Shown piece after piece: positions 1-9,972 of a stretch of 64,000 nucleotides of DNA. Under the pieces are notes generated by a model. The model had not been told where the DNA came from. It made no database searches and saw only the letters and a program-made list of their open reading frames with translations. Both the position numbers and the translations under genes were made by a program. The stretch spans positions 16,287 to 80,286 of the forward strand of contig JACIWQ010000001.1 of assembly GCA_014360895.1 (NCBI GenBank). Reading direction: 5' to 3'. Source of the stretch: Thermoflexales bacterium (GTDB taxonomy: Bacteria > Chloroflexota > Anaerolineae > B4-G1 > DUEL01). Within the stretch, counting starts at the first letter, position 1. Each line of letters begins with the position of its first letter.

Positions 1-911
1 AGTACGTTGAAGCAAGACCACAGCAGCCCTGGTTATAGAGAGCATCGCATCCCTGTTGCAGCGAATCCAATCTCGAACGACCGCTATCCGGGAAGTTCTC
101 CGGACAATAATGTCGGGAATTCAGAGACTCTCGGGCTTTTTCCAGTATAGACCCCGGAATATACACCCCCAAGGTCCGAGTTTCGGATAACCGGAATGTG
201 TTAAGGACACGAACAAAACCTTCCAGGTTGTCCTTGGTGGACAAGGTAAGCCAAAACCGATAGACATACTGGCCATTATCTACAAACACCGAGAGCATAT
301 GACCTTCAACAAAGGCTACCGCTGCATATCCGGCAATCACACTATTGGGCTTTGAAACCAATATTTGGTCCGTGATCCTCCCCATCCATTCCAACCACGC
401 CGATAAATCTCTATTATGAGATGCCCAGATATCAATGTCTAGCCCTCCTCCGATAAAGGAATAACGCCTCAAGATCCACTCCGCTTTGGAAGCAGACCTG
501 GGTACGTCTATTGTAATCTGCGGATGCCAGGTGCTGGGATATTCCAACGTAAATTGATAGTCACGGTCTGTTAACAATCGCCAGTGGCTGTTGTTTGCAG
601 CCGATCCTGCCTGTGCGACCTCTAACGCTAAAGTTGCTCTCTCATTATCTGGTCTGTCCAGGCACCGATCAACTGGGCGTTTATAAGCCCATGCTGGCCC
701 TACTATGGCGCCTACTATCAAGGTCACCGCAAGCGCCAACCCCAGCGTTTTAAGAATGAGTCCATTGCAAAAAGCCCGTTTCACCGCCGAGACGCAGAAC
801 ACGCAAAGACTTTGTTGTGTTGTAATGTAGAACCCTGCGCTCTCGGCGTCTCCGCGGCGAGTTTTTGCAGTAGAGTCAAGAATAGAAAGCCTCACAACCA
901 TTCTTCACCTC
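1..911 (-). CDS. Hypothetical membrane-anchored/secreted protein, partial (C-terminus runs off the window start). It begins MVVRLSILD... with an N-terminal TM/signal segment LILKTLGLALAVTLIVGAIVGPAWA.
   Basis: A manual reverse-strand translation of 1-911 gives an open frame of >300 codons with no stop. RBS GGAGGTG lies 4 nt upstream of the ATG at 911. The region is ~50% GC against ~66% elsewhere. It is absent from the ORF track because no stop codon falls inside the window. Confidence 0.5.
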
Positions 912-1010
912 CATAACGAGTGGGATGAGAATTGCTTGCACATCATATGTTAATGCTCCAGTTACCATATGTCAATACCGGAAATCCACTATTTTCTATT
1001 CCGAATTTCC

Positions 1011-1631
1011 CTACCCTACGAAGCCCTTCTCTACCGCCCAGCGCACCACCTCAACCCGGCTTTTCATCCCCAACTTCTCCAGTATCCGGCCCACATGCTT
1101 TTCCACCGTGTGCTCGCTGACGAAAAGCGCACGAGCGATCTCCCGGTTGCTCTTTCCCTCCGCCATCCACCGCAGTACCTCCCACTCCCGCTCTGTCAAC
1201 CCGCCGGGCCGCCTGCCCTGTGCCCAGGCCGTCACCTTCGCGACAACCTCGGGGCTGAAGTAGGCCTTTCCCCGCGCCGCCGCCCGCACTGCTGCCAGAA
1301 TCCCCTCCAGCGGCTCGTCTTTCAGCACGTACCCCACTGCCCCCGCCTCCAGCATCCTCAGCACCAGCCCCTCGTCCTCGTACGCGCTCAGCGCCACCAC
1401 CCGCACCGCAGGGCACTGCTCCCGCAGCGCCTGCGCCACCGCGATCCCGTTCATTCCCGGCAACCGGCAATCCAGAAGCACCACATCCGGCCGCAGCGCC
1501 TCCGCCAGTCGCAGGGCCTCCTCCCCGTCTGCCGCCTCGCCCACCACGCGGAGGTCTCCCCGGGCCCCCAAGGCCAATTGCAGCCCGGCCCGCACCACCG
1601 GGTGGTCGTCCACCACCAGCACCCGGATCAT
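1011..1631 (-). CDS. Two-component response regulator, NarL/FixJ (LuxR-HTH) family
   Basis: REC domain (VLVVDDHPVVRAG...D...LLDCRLPGMNG) plus C-terminal LuxR HTH (EREWEVLRWMAEGKSNREIARALFVSEHTVEKHV). Start placed at MIRV, within the longer ORF 1011..1673. Confidence 0.85.
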   Translation of the reverse strand: MIRVLVVDDHPVVRAGLQLALGARGDLRVVGEAADGEEALRLAEALRPDVVLLDCRLPGMNGIAVAQALREQCPAVRVVALSAYEDEGLVLRMLEAGAVGYVLKDEPLEGILAAVRAAARGKAYFSPEVVAKVTAWAQGRRPGGLTEREWEVLRWMAEGKSNREIARALFVSEHTVEKHVGRILEKLGMKSRVEVVRWAVEKGFVG

Positions 1632-1736
1632 CCCGCCCATCCTGGGACAACGTTTTTGTTTCCATTTTACCACATCCGGAGGTCTGTTGTCTACTGTAAG
1701 GATTTACAGGTGTTTTTTCTAGTTTTTTCAAAAGCA

Positions 1737-1774
1737 AAAGCCCTCCTGCAGGGAAGTCTGCAGGAGGGCCTTTT
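1737..1774 (-). terminator. Rho-independent terminator after rplM-rpsI (GC hairpin gccctcctgcag/ctgcaggagggc followed by a U-run on the minus strand)
   Basis: Perfect 12-bp inverted repeat with 6-nt loop. On the minus-strand RNA it is followed by CUUUUGCUUUUG. Confidence 0.6.
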
Positions 1775-1807
1775 CCGTGCCTTTCGCAGCCTTTGCGGCC
1801 CTTCGCG

Positions 1808-2209
1808 CTACCGTTTGGTGTACTGCGGGGCCTTGCGGGCGCGCTTGAGGCCGGGCTTTTTGCGCTCTTTGACCCGCGCGTCGCAGGTCAGGAGCCCCTT
1901 CTGGCGCAGGAGTGGCCGCAGTTCGGGGTCCACCTGGAGCAAGGCCCGCGCCAGGCCCAATCGCACCGCCCCGGCCTGACCGCTCATCCCGCCCCCCTTC
2001 ACCTGCACGGAGACGTTGAAGCGCCCGTCCATCCCGGTGACCTTCAACGGCTCCATCAGGCGCATCACGTCCGTCTCGCGGACGAAGTACTCCTGGAGGG
2101 GCCGGTCATTGACAATGAACTTCCCGTCGCCCCCAGGGTAGAGCCGTACCCGCGCGGTGGCCTCCTTGCGACGTCCCACACCCTCGTAATACTGTTGCTG
2201 TTCTGCCAT
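1808..2209 (-). CDS. rpsI: 30S ribosomal protein S9
   Basis: Ends ...[17 protein letters not shown]; full-length S9 similarity. Confidence 0.95.
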   Translation of the reverse strand: MAEQQQYYEGVGRRKEATARVRLYPGGDGKFIVNDRPLQEYFVRETDVMRLMEPLKVTGMDGRFNVSVQVKGGGMSGQAGAVRLGLARALLQVDPELRPLLRQKGLLTCDARVKERKKPGLKRARKAPQYTKR

Positions 2210-2228
2210 CGGTTCTCTCCTCGTCCCC

Positions 2229-2666
2229 CTACAACTCCAGCGGTTTCGGGTTCTGGGCCTGGTGAGGATGGTCCGGCCCGGCGTACACCTTCAGTTTCTT
2301 GAACATCCGCCGACCCAACGCGTTCTTGGGCAACATACCCCAGACGGCGTATTCAATGACGCGCGTCGGGTGACGGGCCAGCATGTCCCGCAGGCTGATC
2401 TGTTTGAATCCGCCCGGGTAGCCGGAGTGGCGGTAGTAGAATTTCTGGGTCAGTTTGCGGCCCGTGACCCGGACCTTCTCGGCATTGACCACGATGACGT
2501 AATCCCCGACGTCTATCATCGGAGAGTAGATGGGCTTGTGCTTGCCGCGCAGAATGCGGGCCACCTCCGTTGCCAGACGTCCCAGCGTCTTCCCGCTGGC
2601 GTCCACAACGAACCACTCCCGCTCCACTTCATCGGGTTTGGTGACGTACGTCTTCACACTCATCAC
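2229..2666 (-). CDS. rplM: 50S ribosomal protein L13
   Basis: Canonical L13 sequence ([10 protein letters not shown]... [11 protein letters not shown]). Confidence 0.95.
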   Translation of the reverse strand: MMSVKTYVTKPDEVEREWFVVDASGKTLGRLATEVARILRGKHKPIYSPMIDVGDYVIVVNAEKVRVTGRKLTQKFYYRHSGYPGGFKQISLRDMLARHPTRVIEYAVWGMLPKNALGRRMFKKLKVYAGPDHPHQAQNPKPLEL

Positions 2667-2691
2667 TCCTTGCTTCTACGATTCGCTGAGT

Positions 2692-3432
2692 TTATGATTC
2701 CTCTGGATACCGCACCGCCATCAGGCAGAGGCCGTGCGGAGGGACCGCCGGTCCGGCCCGGCGACGGTCGCCGGAGACCAGGATTTGGCGGACCTCCTCC
2801 ACCGAGAGCCGTCCCAGGCCGACCCGAATCATCGTGCCCACCAGGGTGCGGACCATCCGATAGAGGAAGGCATTGGCCTCTATGTCAAAGTACAGCCAGG
2901 GCGGGTCGGCGTGCCACCGGGCCAGCAGCACCCGCCGGACGGTGTTTTCCCCCTTCGGCGGCGTGCCGAAGGCCGCAAAATCGTGCTCGCCGACCAGCAG
3001 GTCCGCCGCCGCCTGCATCGCCTCCACGTCCAGCGGCCAGGCCACATGGAAACTGGTCCGGCGGGCCAGCGGCGAACGGACCGGATGGTTGTAAAGGGTG
3101 TACCGGTAGTACCGGCTGATCGCATCGTACCGGGGGTGGAAGTCCGGCGGGGCCGGCGCCACCTCCCGGACCGCGATATCGGGTGGAAGCACCGCGTTCA
3201 GCGCCCGCAGGAGGGCCGTCAGCGAATGCTTCCAGTCGGTGTCAAAGGCGACAACCTGTCCTTCGGCGTGAACTCCCGTATCGGTGCGGCCGGCCGCCAG
3301 GACGGTGATGCACTCCCCCGTTACCTGCTCCAGCGCCCGCTCCAGGGCCTCCTGGACGGTGGGCCCGTTCGTCTGTCGCTGGAAGCCCTGGTAGTTCGTA
3401 CCGTCATAGGCCACGACCGCCCGGATGCGCAT
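2692..3432 (-). CDS. truA: tRNA pseudouridine(38-40) synthase
   Basis: TruA motifs (YDGTNYQGFQRQ, GRTDTGVHA). Canonical position between rplQ and rplM. Confidence 0.9.
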   Translation of the reverse strand: MRIRAVVAYDGTNYQGFQRQTNGPTVQEALERALEQVTGECITVLAAGRTDTGVHAEGQVVAFDTDWKHSLTALLRALNAVLPPDIAVREVAPAPPDFHPRYDAISRYYRYTLYNHPVRSPLARRTSFHVAWPLDVEAMQAAADLLVGEHDFAAFGTPPKGENTVRRVLLARWHADPPWLYFDIEANAFLYRMVRTLVGTMIRVGLGRLSVEEVRQILVSGDRRRAGPAVPPHGLCLMAVRYPEES

Positions 3433-3433
3433 G

Positions 3434-3489
<56 letters not shown>

Positions 3490-3498
3490 GATTTGTGG

Positions 3499-3900
3499 TT
3501 AGACCAGTTCCAGCACCACCATGGGGGCCGCGTCGCCCTTGCGGGGGCCCAGTTTGGTGATGCGGGTGTACCCGCCGGGCCGGTTCTGGTAGCGCGGCGC
3601 AATCTCATCAAAGAGTTTCTTGACCAGGTCCACCCGTTCCCCCTCGGGGGTGACGACCCAGCGGTTCATGCGGGCCGCCGCCAGACGGCGGGCATGGACG
3701 CCGTAGGCCGGGTCCTTCGCCGCCAGCCCCCGCTTGGCCAGGGTGATGAGTTTCTCCGCATGCCCGCGAATGGCCTCGGCCTTCGCTTCCGTCGTCTCTA
3801 TCCGCTCGTGGTAAATGAACGCCGAAACCAGGTTCCGAAACAGGGCCCGGCGATGGCCGCTGGAACGATTCAGTTTCTTTCCTGCCACGCGATGTCGCAT
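3499..3900 (-). CDS. rplQ: 50S ribosomal protein L17
   Basis: L17 sequence ([23 protein letters not shown]...). Confidence 0.95.
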   Translation of the reverse strand: MRHRVAGKKLNRSSGHRRALFRNLVSAFIYHERIETTEAKAEAIRGHAEKLITLAKRGLAAKDPAYGVHARRLAAARMNRWVVTPEGERVDLVKKLFDEIAPRYQNRPGGYTRITKLGPRKGDAAPMVVLELV

Positions 3901-3901
3901 C

Positions 3902-4909
3902 TTACAACTCTCCCGATTCGTCTAATTCTTCTTCCTTCTCCGGTGGCTGAGGCAGATAGGCCAGGTATCCGGCCGCGCCCAGTTTTTCCATTAACTCCGC
4001 CATAGACTTATCGCCGAAGTTGCGGATGGTCCGGACGGCCTCGTCGCCCCGGCTGAGCACTTCCAGGACTTCTCCGACCCGCGAGATGCCCGCCCGCTTC
4101 AGGGCATTGTAGACGCGCGCGGTCAGCCCCAGAGTCTCTATCGGGATCTCGTAGACCCGGGCGGGGATTCCCCGCTCCTCCTCCCCCACCAACTCCGGCT
4201 CCTCCGTGATGCCGGCGATGAGGCGGAAGTGAGTGACCAGAATCCGGGCCGCCTCCTTGAGGGCCTCCAGCGGGCCGATGCGGCCGTCGGTCCAGATCTC
4301 CATGTTCAGCCGGTCGTAGTTGGTCCGCTGGGCGACCCGCGCCCGCTCCACGTTGAACGCGACCCGCCGGACGGGACTGAACAGGGCGTCCACCGGAAGT
4401 TCGCCGATGGAGCGGCGCTCCCGCTCTTCGGCGGGCGAATACCCCCGTCCCCGCTCCACGGTAAACTCCATTTCCACTTTCGCCTCGGGCGAATCGGTCG
4501 TGAAGAGATAGAGGTCCGGGTTGAGAATCTCTATCTCCGGCGGCGCCTGGATGTCCCCGGCAGTCACCACGCCGTCCCCCCGGACGGAGAGGGTCATGCG
4601 CGTCGGGCCGTCGCCGTCCAACTTCAGGCGCAGTTGCTTCACCTGGAGGAGGATTTGCATCACGTCCTCCCGCACGTGCGGGATGGTCGCAAATTCGTGC
4701 GGGACGTCGTAGATTCGGACAGAGGTGACGGCCGCCCCGGGAAGGGAGGAGAGCAGGACCCGCCGCAGGGCGTTCCCCAGCGTGATCCCATATCCGCTCT
4801 CCAGCGGGCCGATGACAAACCGGCCGTACTGCTGGGTCAGCACCTCTTTTTCAATTTTCGGCAAAACCGGTGCGGCAAATCGGGGTTCCCTCTGTGCAGT
4901 CATCGCCAC
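3902..4909 (-). CDS. rpoA: DNA-directed RNA polymerase subunit alpha
   Basis: 335 aa with alpha NTD/CTD motifs. Canonical alpha-operon position. Confidence 0.95.
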   Translation of the reverse strand: MAMTAQREPRFAAPVLPKIEKEVLTQQYGRFVIGPLESGYGITLGNALRRVLLSSLPGAAVTSVRIYDVPHEFATIPHVREDVMQILLQVKQLRLKLDGDGPTRMTLSVRGDGVVTAGDIQAPPEIEILNPDLYLFTTDSPEAKVEMEFTVERGRGYSPAEERERRSIGELPVDALFSPVRRVAFNVERARVAQRTNYDRLNMEIWTDGRIGPLEALKEAARILVTHFRLIAGITEEPELVGEEERGIPARVYEIPIETLGLTARVYNALKRAGISRVGEVLEVLSRGDEAVRTIRNFGDKSMAELMEKLGAAGYLAYLPQPPEKEEELDESGEL

Positions 4910-5548
4910 CTACCGAGAGTAGTACTCCACGACCAGTTGCTCGTTGATCGGGATGTCCACATGCTCCCGCCTGGGCATTCCCAGGACCCGGGCGGAGAGG
5001 TCCGCCGCGTCCAGGGAGAGCCAATCGGGAACCCTCATCTCGTCCAGCATCTCGGCGCGTTCCTGGAAATACGGCCGCCGGCGGCTCCCCTCCCGCACGG
5101 CAATCCGGTCACCGGGCCGGACCAGATAGGACGGGATGGTAACCCGTCGGCCGTTGACGGTGAAGTGGCCATGCTGAACCAGTTGGCGGGCCTGGGCGCG
5201 CGAGTCGGCGAAGCCCAGCCGATAGACCACGTTATCCAGGCGGCGCTCCAGCAGGATGAGCAGATTCTCGCCGGTCAGGCCGGGCGTCCGCAGCGCCTCC
5301 CGGAAGTAGCGGCGAAACTGCCGCTCCAAGATGCCGTAAACCCGCTTGACTTTCTGCTTTTCCCGCAACTGGCGGAAGTAGTCCGTGGGCTGTCCCCGCC
5401 GGAAACGGGCAATCTGTCCGTGCTGTCCGGGCGGGTAATCCCGGCGCTCCAGGGCGCACTTGGGCGACATGCAGCGCGCGCCCTTCAGGAACAACTTCTG
5501 TCCTTCGCGACGACACAACCGACAAACCGGGCCTGTGTATCTGGCCAT
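4910..5548 (-). CDS. rpsD: 30S ribosomal protein S4 (zinc-finger form)
   Basis: [26 protein letters not shown]... S4 with N-terminal Cys cluster. Confidence 0.95.
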   Translation of the reverse strand: MARYTGPVCRLCRREGQKLFLKGARCMSPKCALERRDYPPGQHGQIARFRRGQPTDYFRQLREKQKVKRVYGILERQFRRYFREALRTPGLTGENLLILLERRLDNVVYRLGFADSRAQARQLVQHGHFTVNGRRVTIPSYLVRPGDRIAVREGSRRRPYFQERAEMLDEMRVPDWLSLDAADLSARVLGMPRREHVDIPINEQLVVEYYSR

Positions 5549-5581
5549 ACCCTGACTCCGTACTCCTTATTCCGTGAATGC

Positions 5582-5977
5582 TTACACCCGACGCTTCTTC
5601 GGCGGCCGGCAACCGTTGTGCGGGATGGGCGTTACATCGGTGATAGAGCGGATTTTCAGCCCCGCCGCCTGCAGGGAGCGGATGGCCGCTTCCCGCCCCG
5701 GGCCCGGCCCCTTGACCAGCACATCCACCTCGGTCACCCCGTTATCCAGGGCGTCTTTGGCCGCGCGCTGGGCCGCCTGACGGGCCGCGAAGGGCGTGCT
5801 CTTGCGCGAACCCTTGAAGCCCACCAGCCCCGCACTCGCCCAGTTGATGACGTTCCCCTGAGGGTCGGTGATGGTGATGATGGTATTGTTGAAACTGGCG
5901 TGAATGTGGGCCACGCCGCGCGGGATCGCGCGGCGCACCCGCTGGGTAACTCTCCGGCGTCTTTGAGCACGAGACAT
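5582..5977 (-). CDS. rpsK: 30S ribosomal protein S11
   Basis: S11 core motif ([18 protein letters not shown]). Confidence 0.95.
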   Translation of the reverse strand: MSRAQRRRRVTQRVRRAIPRGVAHIHASFNNTIITITDPQGNVINWASAGLVGFKGSRKSTPFAARQAAQRAAKDALDNGVTEVDVLVKGPGPGREAAIRSLQAAGLKIRSITDVTPIPHNGCRPPKKRRV

Positions 5978-5994
5978 AGCTAACTCCGTAAAAA

Positions 5995-6029
5995 CGTGAA
6001 AAGTGAAACGTGAAACGTGAAACGTGAAG
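5995..6029. repeat. Tandem heptamer array (CGTGAAA) x5 in the rpsM-rpsK spacer
   Basis: cgtgaaa agtgaaa cgtgaaa cgtgaaa cgtgaag, preceded by an actccgta motif. Confidence 0.85.
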
Positions 6030-6037
6030 GGTGGGTT

Positions 6038-6427
6038 TTACTTCTTCTTGGCGCCCCGGCGGCGGCCACGGCCAGGAACGGTCTTGCGCGGCCCCCGTTT
6101 GGTGCGCGCGTTGGTCCGGGTGCGCTGACCGCGCACCGGCAGGTTCATCCGGTGGCGCAACCCCCGATAGCACCCGATCTCTATCAGGCGCTTGATATTC
6201 ATCTGGACCTCGCGCCGCAGGTCGCCCTCCACCTTGTACTCGCGGTCAATAATCTCGCGCAGACGGGCCACCTCGGCCTCACTAAGGTCTTTCACCCGCT
6301 TATCCGGGTCCACCCCGGCCTTGCGCAGAATCTGATTGCTCAGGCTGCGCCCGATACCGTAGATATAGGTCAGACCGATCTCCACCCGTTTGTCTCTGGG
6401 CAGGTCTACACCAGCGATACGAGCCAT
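6038..6427 (-). CDS. rpsM: 30S ribosomal protein S13
   Basis: [26 protein letters not shown]... canonical S13. Confidence 0.95.
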   Translation of the reverse strand: MARIAGVDLPRDKRVEIGLTYIYGIGRSLSNQILRKAGVDPDKRVKDLSEAEVARLREIIDREYKVEGDLRREVQMNIKRLIEIGCYRGLRHRMNLPVRGQRTRTNARTKRGPRKTVPGRGRRRGAKKK

Positions 6428-6463
6428 ACGTCCTCCAACGGAATGCGTAAATACGTGTATTGA

Positions 6464-6577
6464 TTAGCCCTGTCGCTGCTTATGCTTCGGGTTCTCGCAG
6501 ATGACCCGAATCACGCCCTTGCGACGGATGATTTTGCACTTGGGACAGCGCCGTTTCACAGACGGTGAGACTTTCAC
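6464..6577 (-). CDS. rpmJ: 50S ribosomal protein L36 (Zn-ribbon type)
   Basis: Manual translation gives [37 protein letters not shown] with a C-x2-C-x12-C-x4-H motif. GTG start, preceded by an AGGAGG RBS. Too short for the ORF track. Confidence 0.85.
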   Translation of the reverse strand: MKVSPSVKRRCPKCKIIRRKGVIRVICENPKHKQRQG

Positions 6578-6719
6578 GTTATCCTCCTGGTCTGAATACG
6601 TTCTTCCCCCCACAATTACACTTCATCGGAAATAGGACGCAGATGAACGCGGACGAGCACAGATTTCCCTAAAAGATACGTGCTGCGCCACCTGGCGCTA
6701 TTCCCGATAAAGTCTATTA

Positions 6720-7145
6720 TCAAGACACTCGGACCAGGGCTTCCCGGGCGCGTCGTTGCGGGATACTGGCCAAGCTCTCTTCTACCTCTTCAGCAGGCCC
6801 CAGAAAGTCAAAAATGCTGATTTCTTCGTTAATCGCGCACTTCTCGGGATCCCAGATTATCATCGTCCGGTCCCGGCTGATTTCAAATTTCTCCCTCTCT
6901 GCCGGGTCTGCATTGTACAGTGTCGGAATCCACCAGAGCGGCACAGATAGCCGTCGACCATCTGTCAGCGCGATGTGCATATATTCTTCGTCAAACCACA
7001 CCTGGTGAATCCGGGCCTCGCGCGGGAAGGTGTAGGCCGAGACCGGATACTGGACCTCGTACTTCTTAACCTGCACCTGTTCTTCGGACGGCTTTCCCTT
7101 TGTAAACATACCACTGTTCCAGTAAATATTCACGATGCTGCTCAA
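6720..7145 (-). CDS. DUF2442-like small protein (TA-like pair partner). The true start is probably internal, near 7073-7109.
   Basis: MHIALTDGRRLSVPLWWIPTL... resembles DUF2442. Lower GC than flanks. Sits in the slot normally occupied by infA. Confidence 0.5.
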   Translation of the reverse strand: MSSIVNIYWNSGMFTKGKPSEEQVQVKKYEVQYPVSAYTFPREARIHQVWFDEEYMHIALTDGRRLSVPLWWIPTLYNADPAEREKFEISRDRTMIIWDPEKCAINEEISIFDFLGPAEEVEESLASIPQRRAREALVRVS

Positions 7146-7353
7146 TGATCCGCAGGGCCCGTTGTAATTCTTCTCTCCTCAGGGCACGTCCGGCACGCGC
7201 CACCTCAATCTCCGGCTCCAACCAGATTTTCGCGTCGTTCCGATCGTCCTGCGTGCCTTTCCCTACATGAACGCTGGCCCGTGCCTCATAGCGGGCATCG
7301 TAACTGTGAAACCAGAAAATCAGCGATCCCTCCTGAAGGACCTTGGGACTCAT
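7066..7353 (-). CDS. DUF4160-like small protein (TA-like pair partner)
   Basis: FWFHSYDARYEARASVHVGKG motif resembles DUF4160, which commonly pairs with DUF2442. Immediately downstream of map. Confidence 0.5.
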   Translation of the reverse strand: MSPKVLQEGSLIFWFHSYDARYEARASVHVGKGTQDDRNDAKIWLEPEIEVARAGRALRREELQRALRIIEQHREYLLEQWYVYKGKAVRRTGAG

Positions 7354-8136
7354 TCAAAGCCCTTTTGCCCAAATATGCCACGGCGTCAGGATTTCCGCCT
7401 CCCCGTCCCGGATCAGAAGGGTGTGTTCAAAGTAGGCCGTCAGTTTGCCGTCCACGGAGACGACCGTCCAGTGGTCGGGCAGGGTCCGTACCCGGTAGTC
7501 GCCCGCCAGGACCATAGTCTCTATGGCGACGGTCATTCCCGACCGCAACAGCGGCCCCCGCCCCGGCTCTCCGTGGTTGGGAATCTGCGGCGGCTCGTGC
7601 ATCTGCCGACCGATGCCGTGGCCGGTGTATTCCCGCACCACGTTGTAGCCCCGGGACTCCACGTAGTTCTGAATGGCGGCGGAGATGTCGCCGACGCGGT
7701 TTCCGGCCCGGGCCCGGGCGATCCCGGCGTAGAGAGCGCCCTCCGTCACCTCCAGCAACCGCCGGGCCTCCGGGCCCACGTCCCCCACCGGCAGGGTGAT
7801 GCCCGCATCGCCATGGTAGCCGTCGTAGATGGCCCCGACGTCTATGCTGATAATGTCCCCTTCTTTCAGGACGCGCGGGCCGGGAATCCCGTGGACCAGT
7901 TCCTCGTTGACCGAAGTGCAGATCGCAGCCGGGAACGGATGCGGACTGCCCGGCGGATAGCCCTTGAAGGACGGGATGCCACCCAGGCGTCGGATCAGTT
8001 CTTCCGCCTTCTGGTTCAACTCCGCCGTGGTGACGCCGGGCCTTACCCACTCCCGCATCCGGTCCAGGACCTCGGCGACGATGCGCCCGGCCCTGCGCAT
8101 TTTTTCAATCTCGCCTGCCGACTTCAGTTGAATCAT
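7354..8136 (-). CDS. map: Methionine aminopeptidase type I
   Basis: 260 aa with MetAP metal-ligand motifs (HGIG..., D..ISIDVG). Confidence 0.93.
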   Translation of the reverse strand: MIQLKSAGEIEKMRRAGRIVAEVLDRMREWVRPGVTTAELNQKAEELIRRLGGIPSFKGYPPGSPHPFPAAICTSVNEELVHGIPGPRVLKEGDIISIDVGAIYDGYHGDAGITLPVGDVGPEARRLLEVTEGALYAGIARARAGNRVGDISAAIQNYVESRGYNVVREYTGHGIGRQMHEPPQIPNHGEPGRGPLLRSGMTVAIETMVLAGDYRVRTLPDHWTVVSVDGKLTAYFEHTLLIRDGEAEILTPWHIWAKGL

Positions 8137-8137
8137 T

Positions 8138-8860
8138 TCACCGCAGAGAACGCGGAGAACGCAGAGATTCCCCCACCTCTCCCGCGCCCCCCACGGTCAG
8201 GGAGCCGCAGGCGCTCTCCACGGCCGCCCGCAGGTCGGCCTGGACGTCTTCTATGGACTGTTCGCCGTCTATCTCCACCAGCAGGCCGACCCGGCGGTAA
8301 TAGTCCACCAGCGGCGCCGTCTGCTCCTGATAGACCTTCAGACGGCGGCGGTGGGCCTCCTCGGTCTCGTCGGGACGCTGGTAGAGTTCGCCGCCGCAGG
8401 CATCGCACACCCCGGCCTTCTTCGGCGGATTGAACAGGGTATGGTAGACGGCCCCACAACTCCGGCAGGTCCACCGGCCCGCCAGACGGGCCAGGGCCAC
8501 CTCCTCCCGCACCCGGATGAAGGCCACCATATCCAGCGCGGTCCCGTTGCCCCGCAGGAGCCGCTCCAGCGCTTCCGCCTGCGCGACGGTGCGCGGGAAG
8601 CCGTCCAGGATGAAACCATTGGTGCAATCCGGGCGGGCAATCCGTTCGGCGACCATGCCGATGGTCACCTCATCGGGCACCAGGTCGCCCCGCTCCATGT
8701 AGGCCCGCGCCTGGCGGCCCAGGTCTGTTCCCTTATCCAGATGCTCCCGGAACAGGTCGCCGCTGGCGACATGCGGGACGCCCAGCGCCTGCGCCAGTTG
8801 CTCCGCCTGCGTCCCCTTGCCCGCTCCGGGCATGCCCAGAAGGACAATGCGACAGCCCAT
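8138..8860 (-). CDS. adk: Adenylate kinase (with Zn-lid CxxC...CxxC). The C-terminus reads through a 9-bp repeat.
   Basis: Start at MGCRIVLLGMPGAGKGTQ (P-loop). LID cysteines CRSCG...CDACG. The tail ...GESLRSPRSLR is encoded by the repeat at 8142-8168. Confidence 0.93.
   Translation of the reverse strand: MGCRIVLLGMPGAGKGTQAEQLAQALGVPHVASGDLFREHLDKGTDLGRQARAYMERGDLVPDEVTIGMVAERIARPDCTNGFILDGFPRTVAQAEALERLLRGNGTALDMVAFIRVREEVALARLAGRWTCRSCGAVYHTLFNPPKKAGVCDACGGELYQRPDETEEAHRRRLKVYQEQTAPLVDYYRRVGLLVEIDGEQSIEDVQADLRAAVESACGSLTVGGAGEVGESLRSPRSLR
8142..8168. repeat. 3 x 9-bp tandem repeat CGCAGAGAA/CGCGGAGAA/CGCAGAGAT. Member of the CGCAGAGAACGC element family.
   Basis: Shares the 14-mer ACCGCAGAGAACGC with 46698-46711. 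Its reverse complement resembles 17876-17907. Confidence 0.8.
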
Positions 8861-8976
8861 AGGCTCACTCCGACTCCCGGGCCAGGTCGGCCGGAGACGT
8901 AATAGCCGCAAACCGCCTGGCAATTACCCGGATGGATTCCAGGATATGTTGCAGAATATCCCGGACCAGTTCCAGG

Positions 8977-9267
8977 TCATACACAAACAGCTTCCTGGTC
9001 AATCCGCTTCTTTAGCAGCGGATTCATCCGCTCCCGGTAGCGAACCACATCTACAGGCCGTTGCAGGAGTTCCTCCAGTTCCTGCTTGATGCCCACCAGC
9101 AGCAGCAAGTCCGGCCGCTCCAGTTCCACCACCACATCCACGTCGCTCTCATCCGTGGCTTCGCCCCGGGCCCAGGAACCGAATATCCCAATCCGGGTGA
9201 TACCGAACTTTTGGGCCCTCTGGTCGCGAAACTGGGCCAGGACGCGCAGGACCTCATCTCGCCTCAT
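8977..9267 (-). CDS. Nucleotidyltransferase (MntA-like, second copy)
   Basis: GIFGSWARGEATDESDVDVVV minimal NTase motif. Start at MRRDEV, within the longer ORF. Confidence 0.7.
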   Translation of the reverse strand: MRRDEVLRVLAQFRDQRAQKFGITRIGIFGSWARGEATDESDVDVVVELERPDLLLLVGIKQELEELLQRPVDVVRYRERMNPLLKKRIDQEAVCV

Positions 9268-9305
9268 CGGACCTACCTTTTCTCTCCCCATAAAAGCCCG
9301 GCCGC

Positions 9306-9653
9306 CTACCCTTCGCCCGATGCAGTGGGAAGCAACGGCTCTACCTTCTCCAGCAAATCCGGGACATCCTTTGTGGCCGTTTTCCAGACCTCTTCCCAAT
9401 CCACAATATCGTAGCCATGAATCAGATGATCTCGCATTCCCGCAATGAGCGACCAAGGTATATCACTATGCTGATCACGAAACTCCCGAGAAAGCCGCTT
9501 GACCGCTTCCCCAATCACCAACAGTTGGTACAATACGGCCGATTGGGTTTTGATGTCGTCCAGGAAGTTCTCCTTTGCCATATCAGCAACGAAGCCCATA
9601 ATGAGACGGGCCGCTCTGGCAATATCTAGCAACGTCACTTCATCCCGATGCAT
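9306..9653 (-). CDS. HEPN-domain toxin (HepT/DUF86)
   Basis: Rx4HxY motif RDHLIHGY. Overlaps the upstream NTase gene by 14 nt. Confidence 0.75.
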   Translation of the reverse strand: MHRDEVTLLDIARAARLIMGFVADMAKENFLDDIKTQSAVLYQLLVIGEAVKRLSREFRDQHSDIPWSLIAGMRDHLIHGYDIVDWEEVWKTATKDVPDLLEKVEPLLPTASGEG

Positions 9654-9972
9654 TCATCTCCCCAGCGCTGGAAAACAGAACTCGGGCCGTTTTCAAGATT
9701 TCCTGACGACGCAACCAGTTAGGACTTCGGAGCAAAGCCCGACGGGTAATCAGGTCAATCCCCCTCTGGAAGAGCCCTTCCAATTCCCGCTGCATCTGGA
9801 TATGTTCTAAAAGTCCCCAATCCGCATCCCGCTCAAAGTCAACCAGGAAATCCAGGTCGCTATCAGGAGAGAAATCCTCCCGCAATGCAGAGCCAAAGAG
9901 AGCCAGTTCGCGGATCCTCCAGCGCCGGCAAAACTGGGCAATTTGGTCATCCGGAACCGGCAAGCTCCTCAT
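9640..9972 (-). CDS. Nucleotidyltransferase antitoxin (MntA-like). Its ATG overlaps the secY stop (ATGA).
   Basis: LFGSALREDFSPDSDLDFLVDF NTase motif. Translationally coupled to secY. Confidence 0.75.
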   Translation of the reverse strand: MRSLPVPDDQIAQFCRRWRIRELALFGSALREDFSPDSDLDFLVDFERDADWGLLEHIQMQRELEGLFQRGIDLITRRALLRSPNWLRRQEILKTARVLFSSAGEMNASG

